A stretch of DNA of 64,000 nucleotides from Amphiscolops sp. MND2022 (Eukaryota). The DNA lies in contig OZ076418.1 in assembly GCA_964187785.1 (NCBI GenBank), positions 41,478,001-41,542,000 of the forward strand, in the 5' to 3' direction. The notes under the pieces were generated by a model that did no database searches, was not told the DNA's origin, and was given only the letters and a program-made list of their open reading frames with translations. Both the position numbers and the translations under genes were made by a program. The stretch's first letter is position 1, and every line of letters starts with the position of its first letter. Below, piece after piece: positions 1-10,805 of the stretch.

Positions 1-342
1 GGGGTTCCGCTCGCAGGAACTCCACTAGACACCACAAACAATGTGAGGTTATATTACAATACGATAACAGCACTCGGCTTTAAGGAAAAAAGTAACGGAA
101 TCAAACTTGAGGATTACGAGGACAATCATTTTTTCCTTGTCTTTGACCTGACTTCAACAGAGGAGGCTAGCAAAAACTTTACACTCTTTCCCGAACTCAC
201 CGGTTCCAGCCTAACCTTAAAGTTGTACTTTGAAAAAGCTCTGGACGATGCAATCGAGTTATTTTTGATTGGGGAACGGTTCAGTCAAGTCACTATAGAT
301 TCAGCAAGAAATATAAAGAAAAACAGACCATATGATGGATAA
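1..342 (+). CDS. Polinton major capsid protein, C-terminal part (5'-partial)
   Basis: Frame is open from base 1 (GVPLAGTPLDTTNNVRLYYNT...). FLVFDLTST, LTLKLYFEKAL and GERFSQVTIDSARN match the C-terminal pattern of Polinton MCPs, and the ORF sits directly upstream of the protease. Confidence 0.75.
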   Translation, partial: GVPLAGTPLDTTNNVRLYYNTITALGFKEKSNGIKLEDYEDNHFFLVFDLTSTEEASKNFTLFPELTGSSLTLKLYFEKALDDAIELFLIGERFSQVTIDSARNIKKNRPYDG

Positions 343-865
343 CGCAACTCTAAAACACATGATCCTTCGCAACTCCACACTGAGCGTAGCCTTTGCGGGA
401 ATTTGGTCAGCAGACAACTTCAACTTGCAACCAGTCACAACTGAAACGACCACAAACTTTCTCGCAAGCGAACGATTGGTTTGGTTTCAAATTGTAAATA
501 CTTCCCCGCGAAACTCACATGGATCGCACTGGTTGCTTCTCGGCGCTACTATTGCGCAGGGACAAAAGAAAATGCAGGTGTTCGTCTGGGACTGTTTGGG
601 TCAACCAGTGTCTGTCTACACAATGTTTTTCAATCGCCTGAATCAATTGTATGGAAAAACGGGATATCGACAAATTGCACTCAAACTTCAAAATGCTAGT
701 TCCAATATGTGTGGTCTCTATTGTCTCTTTTTGATTCACTATATAGCAAAAAAACCCTACGAATTGTCTCAAATCGATGAAAAATTGAAATTATGTAGTG
801 AAATTGAAATAATCCGTTTCATAAATGATAAATACAATACATTATTCAGATATACTGTGTTTTGA
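332..865 (+). CDS. Adenain-like cysteine maturation protease (Polinton PRO)
   Basis: GSHWLLL (His), VWDCLG (Asp) and LQNASSNMCGLYC (Gln/Cys) motifs. Start overlaps the MCP stop; AATAAA just after the stop (~870). Confidence 0.88.
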   Translation: MMDNATLKHMILRNSTLSVAFAGIWSADNFNLQPVTTETTTNFLASERLVWFQIVNTSPRNSHGSHWLLLGATIAQGQKKMQVFVWDCLGQPVSVYTMFFNRLNQLYGKTGYRQIALKLQNASSNMCGLYCLFLIHYIAKKPYELSQIDEKLKLCSEIEIIRFINDKYNTLFRYTVF

Positions 866-910
866 ATACAAATAAACTTTCATAGCAACCGTCTTTTCAT
901 TTTCATAAGA

Positions 911-3900
911 CTAGGCCAGGCCATGCGTCGCGTCGTTTTCATCGCTACTGGAAGAATAGTCTACAATTTGTATTTTACGACGACTTTGACTGTTCAATTT
1001 TCTCGAGGGAAGTTGCTCATTGGTTTGAATACAATCATCACCACTCGACTCTTGGGCCTCGTAGTTGATAAACGGGCAGTTGAACTTGTCTTGGTTTTCA
1101 TCAGCCTCAAGGTCTACAGACAAATTGTCCCAGTCAACAATATCCGAAAGCTCATCAACGTCGGGTATTGAAGTTTGTTGATAAAGACCAGGATCGGGGG
1201 CAGCTGAAAGAAAACCAAGATCAGACTGGCATGCTAAAAGTGCAGGCTCTTGAATAAATGTAGCTTTGGAATCGATACTACTACTCACTGAAACTCGCCG
1301 ATTGCCATGCTCTTTTCAGGGGACTGCTGTGACTCGGTAAAGAAGCCGACGATTCATCTGATGAACCACTACTACTACTACTTTCGTGACTGTCACTTGG
1401 GGAGGAAAAGCTAGTGTTGCTACTACTGCTGCTGCTGCTTGAGCTCCTCAAACTCTCACAGTCGGTAGATTCGTCATTTGTGGGTTCAACGGAACCTACA
1501 AGAAAGTTTTGAAAGTTTTGCACTTGGGCAAATCTTTTAATGAAATTGAATAAACTAACCTCGGAGAGATGAAGGTATTTCATAATGACCATAGGCGAGA
1601 GAATTGATTCCATCATCCATTATGTACCGCTTGTCGTCAAACGAGCTGAGAGCTATTTTGTCGACAGAGTTTACAACAATTTGATGATTGAAGGAACGAA
1701 GTTGAGTCATTCTTTTGGTGAAGTTCTTTTTCGATAGAAGGCATTGTTTGAAAAGATCGTGATGCAGAGTCTTTTTAACCGTTTTGGAGACGCCTTTGGC
1801 GCTCTGCTTCTTACCTCCAACAAAATCTATACTATAAAGTTTGGACCTCAGACATACTACCTCGCGAAGCATTTTGCCCTGCAGTTCATCTGTCATTGTC
1901 AAGGGGACCTTTTTGTTTGTAGGATCATACAAAAAATGTTCACGTGGATAATCTGAAAGGTCCAGTAGGTGCTTGAAACATGCCATGTCTTGGTACAAGT
2001 CATTTGTCTCGATACAGTATAGGAGGGAATCAGTATCTTTGTATGCCAGTTTCAATCGGGCTGCAGTATACCGAGGAATCATCACTTCGTAGTGGAATTT
2101 GTAGAGAGAAAGTTTTGATAGATCTAGAATAGCAGCACCAACCGGAGTTGGTTTGTCCCACACCACACAAGCCATTTTGAAGGAAACACTCACAAGTTTT
2201 TCGTTGATGACCTGAAAAGACTTGAAAGATGCTTTCTCAACAAAAGATTCCGCCTGCTTTGCACTTGAAACAAACTTTAAGTTGCTGCGCTTCCGTAGAT
2301 TCTCCATGGTCTTTCCAAAGCAAGCATTACTCATCAGTTTGAAAAAAGCCTTCTCGAAATCATTGTCTGCTTGTTTCCGCATTACTGTGTTTTTTTCTAT
2401 GTAGACACCGAGCCACTTGCTCTGTTTGAATTCGCAAACACGATGCACTCTGTCTACAACGAGACCGTGCTTAACGTAGAATTTCAAATTTTCATAGTGA
2501 CATACATAGTTTTTCTTATCGAAGAGAGTCTCTATCAGTTTGGCTGTTTTGCTCGGCTTAACACCGAAGCTTTCAGCATAGTCAGATAGCCAAGATTGTT
2601 GAATTATCTTTTTCTCGGGTGCCAGCGGGAGGCCATTGTGAGCATCGTGTAAATGCTTGGGATATAGAAAGTCAACTTCAACAAAGTAACCCAGAGGTGA
2701 ATCAGTTGGAGTATCAAGCAATTCCTGTAGAGTGATAGACGTGTTCCATTTGTAATCTCCGCTTGGCATCAATTGTTGCATTGTACCCGCGTAAAGGGAT
2801 GTTACATCGAAAAAGGCACCAAAAGTAGTAGTTTCACTGGAAGCAAAACTCGGTAATAGAGGATTGTTAGCCGTAAAGTGACGAATTTCACCAATTCCAT
2901 TGACTCCCCCACGTATACCACGTTCGAAAAACAATAGTTTATCAATATCATCCAGCAAACCCAGCTTGGCTTCAGTTGAAATGAGCATAGCGTCCCAACT
3001 GAGGTTAGGGGCTGAAAAGAAGTGTGCCGGATCGAGTTTGTACACCTTGATGCAAACCCTTCTAAAGTTTTCAAAAATATCAGCAAGAAGCAAAACGTCG
3101 GTTTGTAAGTAAACATCATGATACTCGCCGAGTGTTTTACAAGAGAATGCGTTGTAGATAGAAACAGCTTCATCAAACTCTTCATTAGTGATATCGATTG
3201 ATCCCGTCAACGAGTTTTTCCAGTCGTTACCATATGGTGGCAAAGGTGCTTCAAACTTGCTGAAGCTATCCAAAAAACCGTAGGGAAAATAACCCTTTTT
3301 AATGAGTTTTTTGAATAACCCCTCCGAAATGTTGGAGAAGTAGCCACGAAGGTGAACGAAATCCTTAGACTGCAACGTTTTTGCCAAAGCGTCAAGACTT
3401 TGAGGCATAAATTGTAAGCTGTCGAGAAATCTGAGCGAATGATATAGTGACACTATTCGATTACGTTTGTCCTTATAACTCCCAACGGGTACGGCAATAC
3501 TAACAGAAGTGTAGGTTTCATCAGTCTTGAATATTGCTGAAAGTTTTTCACCAGGTTTCAGCTGTAGATTTTTTGAAATGTGGTGCGAATCATATCGAGA
3601 GAAATTGTGAAAGAAAATTGGGAGGAAGTTTGATGATCTTGCTCTGAGGTTGCATTTTGAATGTGCCACCCCAAAGATTTCACCAGTCAAATGGCAATGA
3701 TGAATGACCCGAGTTGACTTTTCAGCATCCTTGCCACAAATACAACAGATTTTTGAGTCTCCAGATAAATATTTTTCCCGCTCCGATTTTGAAATTCGGA
3801 GCCAGCGGAAAGTTTGCTTCTCATGATAACACCACAGTGTCCATTCACGCAGAACAGAAAGTAATTTGTCGATACAATTCTGGCCGCGATAGAAGGAGCT

Positions 3901-5402
3901 TTTCACAACACCATCAGCTGAAAAGAAATATTTGAATCCCAGAAAAAAATTTTGAAAACGACAAAACTGAACCACTCACCTCTCATGTCAATTAGAACAG
4001 CTCCGTAACTGGCAGGGTACTGTCGCTCAATTTCACGCGTTTTGGATCTTGCGTCGGAGCCCGATTCCGACTGTGGCACATTGATCGCCTCCAAATCAGC
4101 GTATACCGTAAAAGGACATCTTTGTGTTTTTTGCCAATTCACAAATTCAACAACTCGGCCTTGCCCGGGCATCACAATTTCCAGAGGGACATTAGTTTCA
4201 CAAAACTTCAAGTGCCTTTGCATGTTTTGTTTTGCTATCGGCTGGTAACAGTTGCGGCAAAAACGGCTCTTCGGGCCCGCTTCTCGTTTTTTGGGAGATC
4301 GTGATAAATGATGAATAATGTTTGAGAAATTTTTTATCAGACAATAGTGACTGCGCTTTCCATTGACAAGTCTTAAAAGATCCACTCGGCGTCTTGACTT
4401 CTTGTTCTTGCTGCTGTAAATGTTGATGAGTTTGTTGTCCTCAAGTTGGTAAACGTTGATCGAGCACTTATTTCTCATTTCAAATGAGCGAATTCCCGAA
4501 AGCGGCATTGGCATTTGCTTGGGGTCGAAATTCAGTTTTTCAATGTTTTTCATATGACTCTTCGGTCTGAATGGAGAACCAACAAAAGAAAATAACGCAG
4601 CTGCAATGCAATATAAAAAACAGAAGCTATCTTTTTTATTGACGATGTTCAATAAACTTTTTTTGAGATTTCGAAGGATTGGAGGAGTCTCAATGTATGT
4701 GCCAGGAGGTGAGCTGGCAATCTGAGCTGTTTTAATTTCCAATCGGGAGAGTCTATCGACAACCCAGCCTGAACCGCCAGTGGCAAACATATTCAGCTGA
4801 GACATTAGCTGATCGACATGACCCAAGAATTCATCCATGGTCATTTCAACTGACACCCTTGCCATATTCGAATTGAAGTAAGCTTCAGTTGTTTCATCTA
4901 GTAAAGGTTTCATGAGGCGAACGGCGATTGAGAAGCCAATCCTAACGTTTCTCGCAACTTGCAATTTTGAATTAATAAAGGCCAGTAATTCGTTTTTGAA
5001 CGACACCAGGCAATTGAACGGGTCAATGAACCCCGAATCTTTCATTTTCATTCGATGGATTTGAAAGCGAGAATTGAACGCCTGAGTGGTAAACTCTACA
5101 GTTGCTGACGCTGAGTGGGTAATTGGTAGAGGTTGGTGCAAATGGACTGTTTCCTCATGTTCGTTCAGAGTTGTCAGTGAACCAAAAATAGTTGGACAAG
5201 CAGGACATCGATGGCTTTCATTCATATTATGCTGAGAGCGTAAATGCCTCAGCAAATTTTTAGTTTGAGTGAATGCTACAGAGCAGTGGCCACACTGAAA
5301 GACTTTGGTTGCGTTATTGCTATTGGGGTGTTTCGTTCTGAGATGATTAGTGAGGGCCCGTTGTGATACAAGAATTTTTCCACATTCACGGCATGAATAC
5401 AT
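911..5402 (-). CDS. polB: Protein-primed family B DNA polymerase with N-terminal C2H2 fingers; 4 exons (5402-3980, 3917-1560, 1495-1289, 1203-911), ~1426 aa
   Basis: Exonuclease motifs YADLEA, FHNFSRYD, YLQTDVLLLADIFE; polymerase motifs DVTSLY, KLMSNACFGK, YKDTDS, AKGV. Papain/OTU-like CFLYCIAAAL and HYCLI, and an EndoVII-like CCICG...HHCHLTG insert. Four separate ORFs join in frame through three GT-AG introns of 62, 64 and 85 nt. Confidence 0.9.
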
Positions 5403-6279
5403 TTTAGACGAATGCCGTGTTTAGAATATTTGTCATCATAGTCTCGTTCCAATCTTTCTATGCACATGAAATTTCGAAATTTGAATTACACAAGGACGCA
5501 CATTTGATTTTGAACTAAAGCAATAGTTACCAGAGCCGCATATGCGGTAAAGGAGTCGGATTAGGTCTTTTTCCTTCTGACTCGCTCGAATACCAGTCAT
5601 ACGAATTTGATAAAATTGCACACAAAGGATCATGATATGGTGTAGAATGACTCTACAAAATTTCGTTCGAATCGTACGGACAGTTTTTGAGAAAATCGAA
5701 AAATGGCTGTTTTTGGCTATGTTTCTCACATTCCAGTCATACAATTTTGACGCCATTGCGCAGACAGGGGCCCCTTTCGGTGTAGAATGATTGTGCAAAA
5801 TTTCATGAAAATCATATGGACAGTTTTTGAGAAATTTGAAATTTTCATAAAAGGTCGGGAGAAAAAACGATCCGATTGCATAAGTAGTCGAAAATTTTTC
5901 CGACTCCTAAAAATTTTCATCTGGAATGAGACTATGATCGATGTTTTTTTCCAAGGAATTTTACCCTGTTTTTCTAAGTTTCGGAATTCAGGAATAAAAG
6001 GGTTTTCGTTGTTCAATCAGAAATATCGTGTTTCCTTGAATTCTTAATCAAGGTTATAATTCTATTCAATTTTGTTCTTTTGGCTACTTTCTATGATAAC
6101 TTTCGTGAATTGTCAGGAAATGGCAAAATTAGTTGATAAAATCAATAAAAGTTGAATCTCAGTTACCATTATTGAAATGTATTGAATTCAGAATGCACCT
6201 TCATCATTAGTTTGCATTAGTAAACATTCATGACAATTGGCATACATTCCGCTCAGTATGGTTATAATGAACTTTAACC

Positions 6280-6408
6280 TTTCTGACTTAGAATAATTTC
6301 GGTCGGGAGCCCTAAAAGTGAGATAGGTTTCTGTCTTAGAATAATTTCGGTTGGGAGCCCTAAAAGTGAGATAGGTTTCTGACTTAGAATAATTTCGGTT
6401 GGGAGCCC
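6280..6408. repeat. Subterminal 48-bp tandem repeat (~2.7 copies) of Polinton 1
   Basis: TTTCTG(A/T)CTTAGAATAATTTCGGT(C/T)GGGAGCCC at 6280, 6328 and 6376. Confidence 0.9.
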
Positions 6409-6442
6409 AAAACATCATTAAACCCCCCCTGCTATTACTACT

Positions 6443-6553
6443 TACAAATTAACCGGATATTACTTCGGTTTTCGCGAAATGGTGTCTCACCCATACTACG
6501 AATTCAACGAAGATTAGAATTATTCGGATGCGAATTAACCGGAGTTGACTGTA
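6443..6553. mobile_element. Right end of a probable Tc1/mariner-type MITE interrupted by Polinton 1
   Basis: Ends GAATTAACCGGAGTTGACTG followed by TA, a typical TACAGTC...GACTGTA terminus, with an internal AATTAACCGGA repeat. No left end between here and the Polinton terminus. Confidence 0.4.
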
Positions 6554-7022
6554 AATAAATTCATTATGATGGTGCTGTTTCTAAATTGATTACATTTTTC
6601 TCAAATTTTCCAGATTTGAGAATGCTCCATCAAATAGTCGAAGCTTTACTTCAGTAATAATAAAAGCATTAATGCTTTTTCGTGATGTCATTTTCAGAAC
6701 ATGTTTCAGATAGACTTGCAACCGAAATCATTATTCGTTTCTGACCAGTTGTTGAAATTGGTCAGAAAAATATTCAATCATATGAACAACTTGTGATAGC
6801 AATCCTTCATTGACAAGAAACTGATTTACAAACTCTTATCTAAAATCAGAATACTTACACAAAAGCGTGAAACCTCACTAACTGTAAATGTGGTCGCTGA
6901 AAGACGCTTTATTCGCAATTTGTTCACGAAAAACGACGCTGACTTTACCCGCGAAAAATCTTCAGATCCTTTCATTACATTTTTATTCCTTATACGGAAG
7001 AGTATTTTATATAGAAGCCAAC

Positions 7023-10000
7023 CTTGGATAGAAGCCTCCGACTTTTATGAAGTGATTGTTGATGGCAGTTGTAATGAACAAGGGTGACTTGGATGGTAAC
7101 GATCCAAAATCTCCCCACAGATAAGATACGCATGCTTTCAGATGAGCATTTTTGGTAATTTTATCAAGAACTGCCTCCGTTGATTGTTCGAAATAAGTGT
7201 TGAACAAAGACATGGGTTTCATAAACCTCGTAGCTCTGAATATTTTTGCAAACCATTCAGGAGCAAATTTGATTATTCCGAAACACATTTCTGCCGTTTT
7301 GCTTTGCTTGATCAGATTGCAAATTTTATCAACTGCTTCGGTTTCATCGGGAAAGTAACTTCTAAGAGCTTGCTTGTGAATTTCGCGGTCTTTGAATATG
7401 AGAAACTTTCTGAAGTTCTCTGGTTGGATTCAGGGCTGGATTACTACTGTAGTGTCGATTCAAAAATGGAAATTATCTACCAACAATTCCACTAAATGGT
7501 GAATCTCAAAATCTATGCCCATTGTTAAAGTACTACAGTTAGTCTATTGCGTCCCATGTTCGGAAGAAACTCGAGTTTAATTCCATATTGCCATCAATTG
7601 GTTCAATGCATTTTCCATTTTTACATATTTCTTTCTTGAAACATTTTGCCCCGGCCAGTTACGCAATTTTATTGATTGTTGGTCCTCAGTTTTTCTCAAC
7701 TGCAACGCTTCAAGCATTGTTCAAATATTGGCACCGTTTTCCATCTCAATGGCATTTTTTCTAATCCACATCAGACTTGAAAACTGGAGAAGTTATTCGA
7801 CAAAAACTGAACAAGACGGGAACGTCTAAAGTCGGCGCTATATCTAACGGCTCAAAACGCACATTTGAAATATGTGTACGTTTTCATGAAAAACTCCTGT
7901 TTTCGTACATCCGCCTCCTCCTTACTAAAACGCAATATAGTTCAGATATAACGTCAGAAGTTAGGTGAAGCTATTCAGAAGTATATAGCGCTTAACTCTG
8001 AATATTACGTGGAGGGACTTCAAAAAAATCGAAGGGGGGCTTTGAAGACAAAAAAAAATCGAAAGTCTCACAGCGCCGAAAAAATGAAAGGGGGAACTTT
8101 TAGTCTCGTCCGGTTTTGTATGTAACGTTTAAAAAGTAAAAATTGAAAGGGATAACTTTGCGATACCTTAGATGCGTTTCCCAGGTATTCGTTTAGTTGA
8201 GCAAACTGAACAAAAATTTCGTCGCTTCGAGTCTGTCTTAAAAAAAACGAGTGACTGTAATAGTCGGGCTCTTTTATTAATAAAAGCGCCGACTCAAAAG
8301 GGGGACATTTTGAGCTTTTTGAAAATCCAAATTGTTGCAAAAATAAACCAGGGGGCCCTATGGAGAATTGAAACATTCTCTAAAGAAGTCTAACAAAGCC
8401 GAAATAAGCATTAAAAAAACTTAATCAAGTGCGAGACTCGAACCTACGTCCTTCTGCTTCACAGACATCAAAAAATCCGGTTTAGCCTCCGAGCCAAGTG
8501 GCAGAAGTTACAAGCTACTAAGCAACAGCTTATAAAACTTTAAAAATCTGTCAGTTCGCCGGTCTTAGTCACTACAAGTCTGCTCTTTCTACGAAAGCGC
8601 CGACTAGAAAGAGTGCTTCCTACTTGCTCAAACAAATCCATCATTCTACTTTATTTATTCGTTTTCCAACCCTGATTAGTTCCAATGATGGCTTCGTCGT
8701 AAGCAGAGTCCATGGGTGCCCATTGTATCTGACCCTCAGTGAGTTGTTCCATAGTCTGGTAAGTCGCGTTTCTAGCATACATGCTGCCCACGTAATGCAG
8801 ACCAGTGTCAAACTCAAAACGACCCTCCTTGAAAGTGTGACAACATCCGCCCAGTTTGGTGTGCTGTTCCAACACCAGAACTTTCTTACCTTCAAACAGT
8901 GATAATAAAATGATTGTAGGATTCAGGCAGTAAGCCAGAAGAAATAATTTCATTTCTCAAGAATCTTGAAAATTTCCTACCCTAGTGAAGCACTTTATCG
9001 GTGAACTTCGTGTGGTTTTTTTCACTAAATCATGAGTATTTTTCACTGCATGAGTAGCAATCACTGCATTAATTGGGAAAAAACGTTATTTTCCCCCGAT
9101 TAAATAAAGAAATAACGAATAAAGAGAATTTTAGTTATCAAGAATCTTGAAAACTTCGGACCCTGTTTTAAACATCAGACATAGTCTAAGTAAGTGGCAA
9201 ATTCTTCGTCCAAGATGTTGAATTTCAATTCTTTATATTTTGCCAAGTGACTTTCACTATGTTGGTAAATTTCGTTTGGTCGTCTAAGATTTTGGTATTG
9301 CACTACCTGATCTTTCAAATTTTTACCAAAAAAGAATATATCTTTCGAACTGATGACGAAAAATGATCTGATAGTTGGTTTCAACTGAAAAAATCATCTA
9401 CCCTAAAATTCATACTTTCAAAATAGGCCCCTCCGGGGCTCAGTACTATTTCTGCTTTAATCTTTATTTTTTTTGAAACAAAAAATTCATTAATAAAAGA
9501 ATCATATCTGGAATACCAATACACTCTTGTTTAATCATTATTTAGCGCACAATTACATGTAATCACTGTACAAGTTTACACCGCCGTTAATTCTTCCCGG
9601 ACTAAAAAAAATATAACTACTAAGCGTAGACGAAGTTTCGCATTCGCATTTGAATGCAGGCGAAGCTCTCAACGAACGAATAATTAACACTCATTCGCTT
9701 CATCTCAATAACTCGGGGCAACGAAAGCACAATTACGAACATTCGCTCGCTTCATCTCAATGACGTCAGCATATGAATGGATAATTACCACTCGCTCGTT
9801 CCATCGCACTAGAATTGAATTGTCTTCGGCAGCTCTCTCGCTTACACTCACTGCCGAACAAAATATCTGAATTATTCAGATCGTCCGAAAAATTGTACTG
9901 AAAAAAAAATAAGTAGACATTTTCGGATTTCAATATTATTCCTGCTAAAGCAGAAATATTAAAAATGGATGGGAACTTTGTCCAATATAGGAACTTCATC

Positions 10001-10805
10001 TAGATAACCATCTACATCAAAATTTGAGGTGGTAAAGACCTTATCAACATTGGCTGCTTATCAACACTTTATTGAAACTCTAGAAAATTCATCCATTAGC
10101 AATTGATACTTTTAACGAGAGTTTTGACACCACTAATTAGTGATTTAGCGACAGCTGAGGATTTTTTCAGCGATTTCATTTGCGGTTAAAATTAACGGTA
10201 GCTATAAAACTTTAAATTTCCACTGAGTACGCCGCCCGGATTTACAAAATAAATTTCAAACAATTCCAACTTTTCTCTCGTAAAACCCACACAGTATTAA
10301 AAAAATCCAGTTTGTTTTTCTTAGCAAAACTAATTCAGGTTACACTTCAATTTTTAAAGATACTTGAAGTCAAACATTTGATAGTTTGCAGAAAGTTTTT
10401 CAGCCAAATAGCGGACAAAATTAGCGATGTCAAAACTCTACTTTCAACACTATAACAAAAACTTTTTATTTTGGTGGTTGAAATTTAATTTCGCTTGGCC
10501 AATAAAAATTCATTAACAAATGATGGTTTGAAACTTTCAACAGTTGAACAGTCGAAAAATGGTTTAACCGTTTAAACAATGTAAGACTGGCTGCAGCCAG
10601 AGGGCGGCTTGTTTCACTCACCGGCTTTAGCCAGAATGGCGGCTGCTGTCATGGCACTGGCCCCACTGCCGATGCATATGACGTCATACTTCCTGTCCTC
10701 TCCCGCCGCCAGCTTGGAGAGCAGCAGTGGGTTCTTGATGGTCTCTTTTTTGTCCTTCGGGCAACTCCTGTCGCCATGCAATGTCAAAATGACTAGTGAC
10801 GCCAT
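7023..10805 (-). pseudogene. RETSAT: RETSAT/CrtI-like oxidoreductase copy A, 5' three exons only (10805-10622, 8889-8671, 7419-7023)
   Basis: YDVICIGSGASAMTAAAILAKAG|GKKVLVLEQHTKLGGCCHTF...FDTGLHY Rossmann motif, then FPDETEAVDKI...GGFYP. Splice phases are consistent. The C-terminal half is not found in the window. Confidence 0.75.
7810..8607 (+). mobile_element. Non-autonomous dispersed repeat, Helentron/HINE-like, copy 1 (in RETSAT-A intron 2)
   Basis: 5' AACAAGACGGGAACGTCTAAAGTCGGCGC (small hairpin plus subterminal IR) and 3' hairpin ending AGCGCCGACTA. The first 38 bp are identical to the copy at 31993. Confidence 0.55.

Larger units (their letters stand above)
1..6442. mobile_element. 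Polinton/Maverick (adintovirus-like) element 1, right part; left end outside window
   Basis: Carries an MCP C-terminus, an adenain-like protease and a pPolB. Ends in CCCCCCCTGCTATTACTACT at 6442; ACTACT is the reverse complement of the canonical Polinton AGTAGT terminus. Subterminal 48-bp repeats precede it. Confidence 0.88.

Noticed and set aside
923-1171. 82-aa plus-strand ORF; likewise antisense ORFs within both pPolBs and RETSATs
   Set aside because: Shadows of genes on the opposite strand, with no motifs.
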